A DNA stretch of 63,981 nucleotides, filler included, from Octopus bimaculoides (GCF_001194135.2; 6 parts of 6 records of this genome joined end to end with filler, not necessarily neighbours in it), one strand, 5' to 3'. Positions 1-12,400 are shown, counted from the first letter of the whole stretch. Notes: generated by a model not told the origin, from the letters alone. Numbers and translations: made by a program.

Positions 1-348
1 ATTCCCAACAATTCAACTTCTCTGGTTGACATTAACACACCCACCCCCAATAGAGGGCCTTCATTCCCACATTTTAGAGCTCCATGAGCTCCATTTTTCA
101 GGAGCAAAATCTTTTTCACAGGTTCCAGAAGACTGAAATTTTGGAATATGCGCATAAAGACCAATAGTATGGGATACATGTCTCATGATTAGAATTTCTT
201 TAGGGTGTGTAAAGAGGGAAAGAACCCTCATGTGCAATTTTCATGAAATTTGAATCATATGTATTCCAGTTCCTTACAGAAAATATAACAGAAAAGTCTC
301 ATTCTTCAATTGCACGTAACACGGGCAACGCCAGGTATCTCTGCTAGT
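1..348 (+). mobile_element. Helitron-like non-autonomous element, 3' end
   Basis: Ends CACGGGCAACGCCAGGTATCTCTGCTAGT: a GC-rich subterminal segment plus CTAG (344-347), typical of Helitron 3' termini. Confidence 0.45.
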
Positions 349-568
349 TAAGTATAATTCCTTCAAGACAAAGTCACAACACTATAAGTTACAGTATAAA
401 CTTATAACTGTTTCAGTTGACTAGTCATATAGGGCATGCGAAAGTTTAAAAAAGTGAACATAAGTGATCAAATAAAAAATACAATTAAATAATGAAATCT
501 TAAATTTTCACAAAGACACAATGTTTTTCAGCTCTGGGCCAACCCAGCCTATGACTAAGAATATAGTA

Positions 569-750
569 TTTAAATTGGTTATATCCAGCTCAAATATTTT
601 ATGTTCAAACTTGTCAGATCTGGCCTCTGGCACCTACCCTACAATATTCTAAAAGTAAACAATTACATCATTGAAATCTTGAAGCTATGAGATAATTCTA
701 TGATTAATTCAAAACAATGTGAAGAAATAAGCATTACATTTGACAAAGTA
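569..750 (-). mobile_element. Partial copy of the TTAA/CCCTTTAGCATT MITE family
   Basis: Aligns by eye with the copies at 13552-13772 and 25338-25558 (cacctaccctacaat...gaagctatgagataat...aacaatgtgaa). Confidence 0.7.
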
Positions 751-2392
751 ATCTGGAAAGTCAGCACCAGCAGGATAAACATGAGCAAAGATGAGATTAC
801 AGAGGAAGGACTGGATATAATGGTTAGTGTAGGAAAGGTGGGGGGGGGACATACTCAAGAGTGACAAGTGGACCAGGAGTGCCTCAGTAGGGAAGGTACA
901 ATACCAGATACCTACAAAGAACAAAAGCCAGTATAATAGTGATAGACAAGAGAGAAAGAGAGTAAAAAGCATGTCTGTGGGCCAAAGCCTGGTGTGTGCC
1001 TGTGATTTAGTGCCAATTAATTGAATGGTCCTTGCCTGGATGTGATCCAAGATGCCTGTGTGCATAGCAGCTGCACCAGCCTAGATGTGGGAACAATATT
1101 CCATTATGAGCCTCATTTGAGCTTTGAAAAGAATTTCAATGATTTGTCAAATTTTTAACTCACTTTTTCTTATTAAACTTCCAGTTGTGAGAAAAACTGT
1201 AATAAATTCTTATATCTTAAAAGAAATTGTTATTTCACCATATAGGTTTGGAGATGTACCAGTTAGATTCAACCCCACTTTTTACCACATAAAAATCACA
1301 AGTTGATCATGTGTGTAAACCCAATTTTGGTGCTGTTATTCATGTGACAGTCTGGTGGCATGACTAGAACCTTCTGTGAACAAAGACTAAAAGTACAGCT
1401 CATTTGAACATGAAAACTTCAGAGTGATTCCAGTCCTTGGTGGTATTCACTCTCACCAGCTGTTTTCACAGCTACATATTCAACCTGGTACGCTAGAAGA
1501 AAAAAAAAAACACCAAGGCACAAGAATATGTATTGATGTTTAAAAATTAGACCGAAGGTTGAATTAGCCAAAGAGCTTCTGTACTTGTCATATACGTCGT
1601 TTCGTCTGAATATTCTTTTTTTTTTTTGTATTGCATAAACACTTTTTGTATTATTGTAGCAATAAATTATGTTCATATACATAATACAAGCCTTCCCACA
1701 CTCACTAGAGATATGAGGCCAGTTCAGATGGGGAAAAACGCTCTATTTCACTGTGATTGAGACCTGAAGAACAGAACTGAATGTCATTCATTCTTTACTG
1801 TAAACAAAACATGGATGCCAAACAAACGAATTGATGCTGAGATTGACTCAATCTTTTCTAATCTCCTCTTTTGATAGATGTAGATATATACCTCGCTCAG
1901 AGATTTATTATTGATATAGAAATTATTCCACATGTTTCATAAGAGCTGAGTAGAAAATGTTAATTTTTCTGCACAGACACATCATCATTATCATTTCTTC
2001 CCTGCAGGCATGGGTTGGACAGCTCGACAGCATCCGATGAGCTGAAAGACAGTGTCGAGCTCCAGTGCGTGTATATTGATATTTTACGTAAAAACATGGT
2101 TTATATTCGAGGCAATGCTGTATTTTTGTTATTGAATTCGTTAGTGCTTGATTGCTCAAATATAAAACACTTCCTTATTGCATATCTCTCCTATTATTTT
2201 TAAACTTCAAACTTCATTTGTTTTCTATTTTGATAAATTCTCTCTGTTGAAAATTATATTTTTATATTTTAAATAATTTGCAATTTCAGGAAATATGTTT
2301 TTATATTAAATTTGTGTTTTCTACTCACGACTAGCTAGCGCGGACGCGCGAACTTTCGAGTAATAGATAGATAGATAGATAGAGAGACAGAC

Positions 2393-2550
2393 ATATAGCT
2401 CGCTCCGGCCAGTCATGGTATTAGCTGTCAGTGGCCAAAGAATCGACAGGCTAGCAACAGGCATGCAGGCAGACGGACAGATACTTCACTAGCAGTGAGC
2501 ACTTTCACTTCTGACAGCTAATAGCATGATAGTGCCGGAAAAGCTGATAT
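2393..2550. mobile_element. Small inverted-repeat element (MITE-like)
   Basis: tccggccagtcatggtattagctgtcag (2404-2431) pairs with ctgacagctaatagcatgatagtgccgga (2511-2539). Confidence 0.55.
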
Positions 2551-2561
2551 ATTCAACAAAA

Positions 2562-2664
2562 TTAAGGGCGGAGATAAAGAATACGCACACCACCCGTTTT
2601 CGGTGTAACAAAAACCCAAACCCTAAACACAGGGAGTGCGTATTCTTTACTTTCGCTAAATTAA
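2562..2664 (+). mobile_element. About 100-bp TTAA-flanked MITE with internal telomere-like CCCTAA
   Basis: Arms taaagaatacgcac / gtgcgtattcttta, TTAA at both ends. Second, inverted copy at 3285-3392. Confidence 0.65.
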
Positions 2665-3284
2665 GATGGCTTTTAAACTTGCCCAACTCCAATGCAAACT
2701 ATTTTGTTTTCTCATTAATAAAGTGGCAGGTGGGAATACAACAAATTCACGATTAGGTGAGGGTGCTATTTTGAGAACATCAGCTCTTAACTAAAAGCTA
2801 ATCACAATTCTGTATTTTCTTTGAGATAATGTATCTTAAACTATATTACACAGTGTGTTGTTATTCAGTCGAGTTGTGCATTTCCTAATGTGAAAAAAGA
2901 CGAGATCTACATATCATTTGTAATTTAAAAAAGATTCATAAACTTCAGAAACGTTTCTACGATCTTTTAGTTTCATTTTCTTTTTTCATAGAAAATACTA
3001 TAAAAGCACTTTCACTTTTATCAGACTTTGGAAACAAAGAAATGCCCCAGAAAAAAGAAAGCAATAACATTTTAAACATAACTTCGTCATTATAGTGCGA
3101 CGAACTACGGCCCCTTAAGCTCAAAAAGTAAAACTTTAAATAAATAAATAAAATATCGTCACTGAACTTCTTTTGCAAGAATCTTGATGTGAAATCATGA
3201 GTTAAAAGAGATACTGTTCATTGAGAAAGTTATTCTGCGAATAAAAACACACTTCTTGTTGTAGCTCGCTGCTTTTATAGTTAA

Positions 3285-3392
3285 TTAAGGCGAAAATAAA
3301 GAATACGTACACCCGGTGGTTAGGGTTAGTATTAGGGTTTTTGTTACGCCGAAAATGGGTGGTGCAAGTATTCTTTACCTCCTTCATCTTTA
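3285..3392 (-). mobile_element. Second, inverted copy of the 2562-2664 MITE
   Basis: Reverse complement aligns with 2562-2664; contains ttagggttagtattaggg. Confidence 0.65.
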
Positions 3393-4211
3393 CCTTCAAA
3401 GATGAAGAAATCAACTACAATCAGTGCGTGTGTTTTAACAGATACTGCAAGCTGATCACATTAGAAAAAAAATCTAAGCATTGAGCATCTCCATCAGCCC
3501 CGGTAAGACAACACAATACACACGCAAATGGTTTCTTTCTCATGTACGAGAGCACTTTCGTAAGAGATATTCTCATTTGTTGTAGTTTGTATTTATTCCA
3601 TTTATGTCGAGAGAGAAAGTTATCAATCACCAACGAAGACTGAAACACATAATTGTGAAGAAACGAATTTAAAATTACTATGAAGCACTCAGTTTCTGCG
3701 CTACATTACTATCACAGCTATTTCTGCTGATTTCTTAGTATAAATAATACAATCATTTCTCGGACATAAAAGAACATCGAATAAAATATATACATATAAT
3801 TAACAGTGCCTAATATGAAATTCTGGTAATTATTAAATAAATGATTTTAAATAGTGTATGTATAGCAAACCTTTAAATTGAGACTGTCGGGAAAAGCCAG
3901 TTAACATCAACTAGCTGATGATAAGTTTTGACGTCAGCATACTATCTAGTTAAACGGTGTCAAATCAAATATTTCCCTTTTTGTATATTATCCGACCTTA
4001 ACACACGAAGCAATGTTTAGAGCAGTCGCGACCCGCGTGACTTTCTAAACGGCATGCCTAGCTAAATATTACCTCGAATTTTTTTTAATAGTGTGGTCCG
4101 TCTAATGATGAGCGATGAGCCATGCGCCTCGCTTCACGAAAAAGATTGCCCATGTTTGGTTTAGGGATTTGAATAAAACTACATTTTCCTTCGATTCTAA
4201 CTTCCTAAATA

Positions 4212-4417
4212 TAGTAATCCCTCACCATATCGCGGTTTATTCTTTAAGCTTATGTCAATTCGTCCGTGGTGTTGTTTTGCATTTATAATAAAATAAATAT
4301 ATCGAAATTATAAAAAAATAATAATAATACAGTACAGTACTGTATCTACTTCGCAGATTTTCACCTATCGCTGGCGGTGGTTAGAACACAACATCCGTGA
4401 TAGTTGAGGGATTGCTG
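4212..4417. mobile_element. Tc1/mariner (pogo/Tigger-type) MITE
   Basis: TIRs tagtaatccctcaccatatcgcgg / ccgtgatagttgagggattgctg, TA at both flanks. Confidence 0.7.
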
Positions 4418-4778
4418 TATATTAGAAGTTTAGGATCAGAAGGATGTAATGTATGTGTGTATCCACCTCAGCACCTCTACATTCTTACAGATGGTAAGAA
4501 ACTCTAGGGAGAGCTGAACAACAGAAGGCTTTCAGAGAAGAAGCTCCATTCCTACAAATATTTTCGAATTTCCCCTACCTCATCAGATGTGTATTTAAAG
4601 GCAGGAGGTATACAGATGTGAACATGAAGTTGACTTCGAGAGGGGTCATATGCTTACAAGAGTAAATTATGCAGCAATCTGAGTATAACGTACCACTTGC
4701 ACTTTCGAGCTGGTCGCAAAAGGTTTTTTTCCCCTAATGTTGTGCTTTATCGTTGTTTAAAATAGGAGGGCGTGGTTA

Positions 4779-4958
4779 CTGTATTTCATGGCGTATAAAA
4801 TCACATTTAAAAAAAAAAAGCCTCAGAAAAATCATCCCTTGTTTTTGCATGCGAATTTAGGCCTCTCTTAAGCGTTAATGCACTAAAACCTTTTTTTCCT
4901 GAATCTGTACTGCTGAAATTGAGATGTTCTCGTCTGACTTTTATGCCATCAAATACGG
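4779..4958. mobile_element. Possible Tc1/mariner-type MITE
   Basis: TA|ctgtatttcatggcgtataaaatc and gacttttatgccatcaaatacgg|TA are imperfect inverted repeats. Confidence 0.45.
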
Positions 4959-4985
4959 TACATCAGATTGCACAGAATTTTATTG

Positions 4986-5467
4986 GGTGGAATTCTGATT
5001 TAAGCACCCTATATAACCTCCTCATAACTTTTTAATTTTTTGGAAGTTTTGCGAATTTGTGTTCTACACACGGGAATTCACACGATTATGAAAAGAAAAT
5101 TTTAAAAAACTTTATCCCCTCTTCAAATTCAACTCTTTTTCGATTTTTAAAAAAATTAGAGTTCAAAATACGGACAGTCCAAACTTTTTGTTTAATACCC
5201 TTGGATGCATCATTCCATTAAATGTGTTTATGGGGAAAAAAGATTGAAAACATTAAAACATGTCACAGTGACAAAGAAACGAGGAAGGTATCAGGTGGTC
5301 ATGAAATGCGCTAAAAACAACAGCTAAATCGCCCTTAAATCACACAATTTTTTTTGTTATAATCGTATGAATTCCTGTGTGTAAAACAAATTCGCAAAAA
5401 TTTTCTGAAAAGTAAAAAAAAAAAAGTTATGAGGTGTTATAAGGGGTGTCTAAATCAGAATTCTGCC
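4986..5467. mobile_element. MITE with long (about 120 bp) terminal inverted repeats
   Basis: 4986-5105 (gaattctgatttaagcaccc...gcgaatttg...ggaattcacacgattat) is the reverse complement of about 5345-5467. Confidence 0.75.
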
Positions 5468-5985
5468 TTTTATTGTTAAGATGAACAGGTGTGAGTGTCT
5501 TAGATTACTTAAGACGGAATATAGAGTTAGACAATGATGTTGTTTAATATAGCATTTCCACTCCGGCAAAAGTTTTCACGTGACTTGGGCTTCTTTTATT
5601 AGTAATCTTATTAACTATCACTTTTGTAGGTGTGTTCTTCGACTACAAACTTTCGGTTTGATCAATCTTCAGCTTTCAATTTGTCTAGGACCATTGCTCC
5701 TCCGTTATCTGGTCGATCACTAGTTGTCGTTTTTATGTCTATTTACTACTACAAGCCCTTGACCATGCGCAGGTGAACTCAACTTGGAAATTTGTTTTCC
5801 TATTTTAGTGTGTGTGGTCACTAATTTAGAGTGAGTGTTCTGTGGTCTAATGCATGAAGAGTATCCGTGAGAGAATCCATTTCGGTGTCCTTTTAATAAG
5901 CGTGTATAAAGAATGTCAGAAAGGCAGTTCAATTACAACGAAACATTGTAAACTTCATCACCTACACTATTATACACAATTATTT

Positions 5986-6292
5986 GGGAGGTGCCTCATC
6001 TGGAACGTCAAAATCTGTGACTACTTTGCTTCCTCTCACATCCAGGATGTTGCGGTAAACGTGAGGGTCACTGCTTCCGTAGCCGAACAGAACAAAATCT
6101 TCATGTACCGGGACTTGTCAGTGAACCATTTTTTCCAACCTGTGGCGTTTGAAACGTTTGGAGGGACTGGAGCGCTGACAGCGAAGTTCTTGTCATCACT
6201 GGCGGCTCGAGGTGTTAGGTGATGCACTTGAGGGTGCTTGGCTGTTCCAACCTTTTAGCCTCACCATCGCCGGTGGTAATGCCGCAAGCGTG
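5986..6292 (+). mobile_element. CRE-clade non-LTR retrotransposon 3' fragment (restriction-like endonuclease), copy A
   Basis: GRCLIWNVKICDYFASSH...AEQNKIFMYRDLSVNHFFQPVAFETFGG, then (frameshifted) WLFQ..SLTIA.GNAASV. Matches the GK.L.WD...DT.A.SH / K..KY / F.P.A.ET.G / QR.S.A..RGNAAS pattern of CRE-type elements. Confidence 0.8.
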
Positions 6293-6416
6293 TAATCTTG
6301 ATGTTTTTTTTCTTTCTTACTTCGCACACGTTTGTGTTTTCTTGTAATGTAGTTTAGTATTATATATTTATCATGTACATACGTGTTATGTATGCAATAA
6401 AGCATTCTTTCGTTAG

Positions 6417-6727
6417 GCTGGCACTCCGTCGCTTACGGCGTCGAGGGTTCCAGTTGATCCGATCAACGGAACAGCCTGCTCGGGGATATTCAGCGTGACA
6501 CAGTGTGACAAGGCTGACCCTTTGAATTACAGGCACAACAGAAACAGGAAGTAAGAGAAAGTTGTGGTGAAAGAGTACAGCAGGGTTCGCCACCATCCGG
6601 AGCCTCGTGGAGCTTTTAGATGTTTTCACTCAATAAGCACTCACAACGCCCGGTCTGGGAATCGAAACCGCGATCCTATGACCGCGAGTCCGCTGCCCTA
6701 ACCATTGGGCCATTGCGCCTCCACTTG
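6417..6727 (-). mobile_element. tRNA-derived SINE (family A), full length with target-site duplication
   Basis: tRNA-like head GGAGGCGCAATGGCCCAATGGTTAGGGCAGCGGACTC...TTCGATTCCC on the - strand; 11-bp TSD tctttcgttag at 6406-6416 and 6728-6738. Confidence 0.9.
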
Positions 6728-7448
6728 TCTTTCGTTAGCAGTACAGGAAAAGTTTAAGTGTTTCTTCGGCAATTTCCGTAAAAAAATTTTATTTCTTTAT
6801 TTTTTTCAGCTGGATCGCTTATATTTATGTATTTTTTGTGTGTATTATGTGTTTATGTATAAATATTCGTGTATGTAAGTACTGTATATGTATGTGCATT
6901 GTGTATGTATACACAAATATATATGTATATACACATATACATACATGCAGAGAAACACACATTTTCCTCTCTTGTTTTTCTTTTTAACTTTTGCAATTGT
7001 GTTCTCTGTTTTGTCCTATTTTCTAGTTTAATTTTGTAAAACTGTCTACTAGTGCACTTTCAAGAGTAGCCATCATATAACCGCGAACATTTCAATGACG
7101 AATAGTTTACATAGACAAATATACATACACACACATATAAACACATACACAAAAAGTACATAAACACAAGCGATTCAGAAAATAAAAAAATAAAATATTT
7201 TTACGGAGATTGCTAAAGATAGACTTTCACTTTTCATGTACGGCTATAATAAAATGGTTATATATAATCGTCCAACTATTAAGTTGACCGAGTTCTCGTA
7301 GTTACTTTTTTTCTTTTGTTTTTCAACGTTGATTTTATCTATTTAATTAAAATACAAATCCCAAACAATAATCATGATTCTTCCATAATATAAGTTTTTA
7401 CAAAAGAAAGACAGGGAAAAATAAGAAAGAAAAAACAAAAACTATCTC

Positions 7449-7634
7449 TTCCAACCTGTGGCATTTGAGACATTTGGAGGGACTGGGCCACTAATCGCGA
7501 AGTTCTTGTCATCGTTGTCAGTTCGCCTCACCGAAGTGATAGATGAGGGCCCATGGCTTTTCCAATACTTTAGCCTTACCATCGCCCGTGGTAATGCTGC
7601 AAGCGTGCTGGCTTGCATCAGTAGGTTCTGTTGA
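7449..7634 (+). mobile_element. CRE-clade retrotransposon 3' fragment, copy B (3' UTR continues to about 7810)
   Basis: Open frame FQPVAFETFGGTGPLIAKFLSSLSVRLTEVIDEGPWLFQYFSLTIARGNAASVLACISRFC*, homologous to copy A. Confidence 0.8.
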
Positions 7635-8073
7635 ACCTTGTGGTGTGCGACTAGTTGAAGTACTTGATGCTGCATTATTGTTTTTTTTCTTTCTCTTTTT
7701 CTCTCCCCTTCTTTTCCCCCTCATTTTTTGTCTTTCTCTTGTAAAAACTTATATCATGGTAGAATCATAACTATTGTTTAAGATTTGTATTTTAATTAAA
7801 TAAATAAGATTATCCAACTAACAGCAGAACAATTTTGTATGAGTACCCAGCCTATATATACACCGTACAATATATTGAATTAGGAAGCATGCAGTCAACG
7901 GTAAAAGTTTGCAGAAAGATATCCGATATTTTCGCAAATTAGTATAGCTTACCGGAAAAGGAGTCACTAGAAAAGAAATGATTTGCAAGATATCAAACTA
8001 CAAATTAATAAAAGATGCTCAAATAGGATGAATATCATTGACAATATTTTAAATCGGTTTTAATACGAAAGGT

Positions 8074-8415
8074 GGAGGCGCAATGGCCCAGTGGTTAGGG
8101 CAGCGGACTCGCGGTTTCGATTCCCAGACCGGGCGTTGTGAGTGTTTATTGAGCGAAAACATCTAAAGTTCCACGAGGTTCCGGCAGGGGGATGGTGGCG
8201 AACCCTGCTGTACTCTTTCACCACAACTTTCTCTCACTCTTACTTCCTGTTTCTGTTGTGCCTGTAATTCAAAGGGTCAGCCTTGTCACGCTGAATATCC
8301 CCGAGAACTACGTTAAGGGTACACGTGTCTGTGGAGTGCTCAGCCACTTGCACGTTGATTTCACGAGCAGGCTGTTCCGTTGATCGAATCAACTGGAGCC
8401 CTCAACTACAACAAT
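8074..8415 (+). mobile_element. tRNA-derived SINE (family A)
   Basis: A/B-box-like head (TGGCCCAGTGGTTAGGG, GGTTTCGATTCCC); body nearly identical to 6417-6727 in the opposite orientation. Partial family copies at about 35040-35210 (-) and 57060-57360 (-). Confidence 0.9.
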
Positions 8416-9406
8416 ATGAAAAGGCACTCTCTGCGCCCCTGTAAAAACTACTTAAATATTTATAATAGCATAGATACTTACTTAGTGTCATTTATCTTCT
8501 GATTCCTCACATTTTGTCCCTGAAAGCGAACAACCTTATATTTTTGAAGAACAGTACTGATTCAGTGAAAATTGCAGAAGAATGCAAATTTGACAATTAT
8601 AGACTTGCTTATGTTTGTTACGGATCTATTAAATATGTTCAAAGCAATCTCATTGTTATTGGTGGAATCCAGTTGCCTCAAACATTTTTAGAAAAGAATA
8701 TCAATATCTGCTACTGCAATATTTAATTAAGGTAGGGGTCGGGGAACTTTTTTAACCAATTGCCCCAAAATATATTTATTTACGCCGACGTTACCCCCTT
8801 GATTTAAAAGGAAAAAAATCATAGGTTCTTTGAATTAAAAAGGTTTATTGAGAATACAGTTAAATATAAAAAGAACAAAACAAATGCGATAAAATAAATT
8901 AATATTCTCATTATGATATTCTGTACCTAATTAATTGTTAGTATCTTTAGATAATTTGTTTTCTGATATCTTTGTTTTATACATTAGAGATTAGAATGTG
9001 TGTGAAAAGAAAAGCATTCCGAAATTTAATTTTTTCTTTGTCAGTAATTTCTCCTCTCCTTGAAACTCTAACCCTTAACCCTCTATTCTTACTCTAAGCC
9101 CTAAATATCAAGTTCATGTATTTAGTGTTTGACATGGCAAACATTAAAAAACCTATAAAAATATATTCAGTTTTACCCCATCGAAGTACACTTGCACTTT
9201 TTGACCTACAAAACACCTACTTATGTTACAATAAGTACTTTCACTTACTTGGGACCTGGAAACGAAGAAGTGCCTTCATTCCTTGTGAAAAGTAAGTCAC
9301 TACAAATAGTAAACAAAAAATGCTCACATTTGTTCAATAGTTTTTGGAAGGGAAGAAAACAGTTATTTATATGTCTATCTATCTGACTGTCTGTCTAATT
9401 ACCTAC

Positions 9407-9408
<2 letters not shown>

Positions 9409-9486
<78 letters not shown>
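9409..9486. repeat. (CA)n microsatellite, representative of very many simple repeats
   Basis: Other large arrays include (TCTA/TCTG)n at 17655-17850, (CA)n at 20065-20150, (CAC/CAT)n at 30870-31030, (ATT)n(GTT)n at 49985-50146 and (TCTA)n at 56240-56360. Confidence 0.95.
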
Positions 9487-9491
<5 letters not shown>

Positions 9492-12400
9492 AACAAAGCT
9501 CTGCAGCACTTAGGGCATTTTTTTACTATAGCCTTGGACTGATCAAAGCCTTGGCAGTGGATTTAGTAAAGGGAAACTTAAAGAAGCCCATCATACATAT
9601 CATCATCATCAATCAACATCTGCTTTCCATGTTGGCATGAGTTGGATGGTTTGACAGGATCCAGTGAGCCATAGGGCTGCTTCATGTTCCAAGGTCAGCT
9701 TTGGCCTGGTTTCTACTGTTAGATGCTCTTTCTAATGCCAACCACTTTACAATGTGTACTAGGTGCTTTTTTTCATGCTAATGACAAAGAATGGAGTTAA
9801 CAAATCATTTTAATACTTCATTTACAATTGTTTCATCACTACTCAATATAATCAATCTTACTTAATGCTGTAATCCTACCAGCAACTTTTAATTAGCTTG
9901 TATGTGCTATGTAGGATTCCTTTTATTATACATGAACATTTCCTAAGAACAATTCCTTAGAATTCTGTAAAGAATAATATGCATATTATTTTTATGGACT
10001 TCTGAGGAATCATGTTCCACATGCATTATAAACAAAATCTTACATAATGCATGAAAATTAATCAATAGTTGCTGGATTGGTTACAGCATTATGTAAGATT
10101 GATTATATTGAATATTGATGAAACAAATGTAAATGAAAAATTAAAATGATTTAACTTCATTTTTTATACTTGATATGAAAGTATGTATATATGTACATAT
10201 GCATGTATCTATATATATATATATATATATACACATATATGTATATATATACACATGCATACATATATACATAAATACATATGTACTTTCTCACATATGT
10301 ATATACATGTGTATATATGTACATATTCCTACCTCTATTTACTTATCTGCACACATATGTTTATATTTACTTAAGCTTTTTACTTGACAAAATAGTTTTA
10401 ATGTTGAAACTAAGAAAAAATATATTTACTTAAATAAATGAAAATATTTCCACAATATCTGTTCATACATGTAGGTAGATGTAGTTACATATATTTGCTA
10501 TAAGCTGTTCAGCAAAGTTTTATTGATTGCCATCAGCTTTTATGCTGAGAATACTCTATGCTTTTATATAAAGAAAAGCTGATAATGAAGTTTATAAAAA
10601 AGTGTTCGTTAAAGTTTCATGCAATTATGACAGACTCTACAATGAGTGACAGGGAATGTTAGAGACATGAAAGCAAATATATAACAATGCATATAGGAAA
10701 AATGTAGAAAATAATCAATACTGTAAAAAAAAAACAATATGGCAGGGTTTTGATGAAGGTGATTGTTATTGATTACTTATAGAACTATATTTCCTTTGAG
10801 AGGCTTTAAATAGTAGAGAGATGTCTCAATTAAAATGTAAGTAACAAAAGATATATATTGTACACATCTTTCCTGTCGTTAGCTATTAAGGTATGATGTA
10901 TGAATGCTTTCTTAGTGATAAACATGCAAAAAGGTAGTTCTTATTTAGTAAAGGGCAGAAGAGAAAAAGTTAAGTGAAAAATACATTGCTTTATCATATT
11001 CGATTCATTAATTTTCAGATCAATTCTGTTGTAGTTTTTATAAGATTTTTTAAATAGGTTATTGGGCCACTAATAAAGGATTTACATTCATATAGAGTGA
11101 GTCAAGGGCAAATCAGATTTGTGGAGCTTATCCCCGATCAGGATATTGATTTCAGTCAGAGATTGTTAATAGGAATAATTGAAGTGTAATAGTTCAATCA
11201 GAAATCAATTCTGCATTATAAAATTAGGTTTGTGGCTACTTTCTGTCATCATAGGGTTCTTAAACTAAAAGGGACATGTCCTCTCACCCTTCATGGATTT
11301 TGGGTCACTAAAAAAGAGTTCTCATAACATTTAGCTATAGCCAAAAATTGTAGGAATAAAGAATAATGTCAAACCTCTGGAATACTTGCCATGTACATAT
11401 TTTTACTGCAGCTGTTGAATTTCATTGGCTCAGAATGAACATTTTGCAAACAACATTAAGTACACCAATCTTTAGCTTAATTGTTCATAAGGAACATTAA
11501 CCACCGCCACCACCACTACCACTGTCATCATCATCATCATGTCTGTCTTCCATGCTGGCACACGTTGGACAGTTTGACAGAGAGTTGGCACACCAAAGGA
11601 CTGCACCAAGCTCCACTGTCTGCTTGGCATGGTTTTTTTTTATGGCTGGATACCCTTCCTAATGCCAACCACTTTACAGAGTGGACTTGGTGTTTTTTAC
11701 ATGGCACCAGCACCAGCAAGGTCTGCTTTGGCATGGTTTTTAAGGCTGGATGCTCTTCCTAATGCCAACTTAACATTGAACTTGTGGGTGTATCTTGGAA
11801 TAGGGTAAATTTTGTAAGGGTTGACTTACACTATATTGGCAGAACTGCTGTTGGTTTGCTCCAAGTCAGCTCTTAACGAGCAGAACTTAGAACAAAAACA
11901 GTCTAGCTGTCGCAAACACATCTTCTTGGGGTAGGGATGGGAGCAGAGTGCATCTAGGACTACATTACCCAGATTTGTTCTTCCTATCTTCTTCAGACAG
12001 TAGAGTGCTAGTTGAGTGAAATTTGGCTGCTATTTCTAGCAGGTAGAGCACCTATGTATTGGCAAAGATTTCAGCACGTACAACCAAATAACTTATGAAA
12101 GACATCAGTAAAATCATAACTCATTTAAACGTTTATAAACATGGTCTTCATCAAACATGATATATCACATTTTTGATCTTATATAACACGTTTGGTCTTA
12201 ATTTAATCAACCATGAAATATATAGTTTTTATCAAATAAAACAAAACAAATATTCTAATTTGAGTTTCCTTAATCTGGATAAAAGCTAAAACTCAAAACT
12301 ACAACACTTCAACTGAGGTGCACAATTGCCATTAAGTATTAGACATTAACATATTTTGAGCAAGTTAGAGCTTGTGTAAGATTAAAATACCAGAAATTTT

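Noticed and set aside
3929-3936. Palindromic CRE site TGACGTCA (and CACGTGAC near 5577)
   Set aside because: Single 8-mers are expected by chance in 64 kb; there is no independent promoter evidence.
8074-8130. tRNA-like sequences at SINE heads
   Set aside because: A/B boxes only, continuing into repeat bodies without an acceptor stem; these are SINEs, not tRNA genes.
9249-9297. GTAAGT donors on both strands and a WD40-like peptide WDLETKKCLHSL
   Set aside because: The peptide is bounded by stops, and no consistent exon chain could be built.
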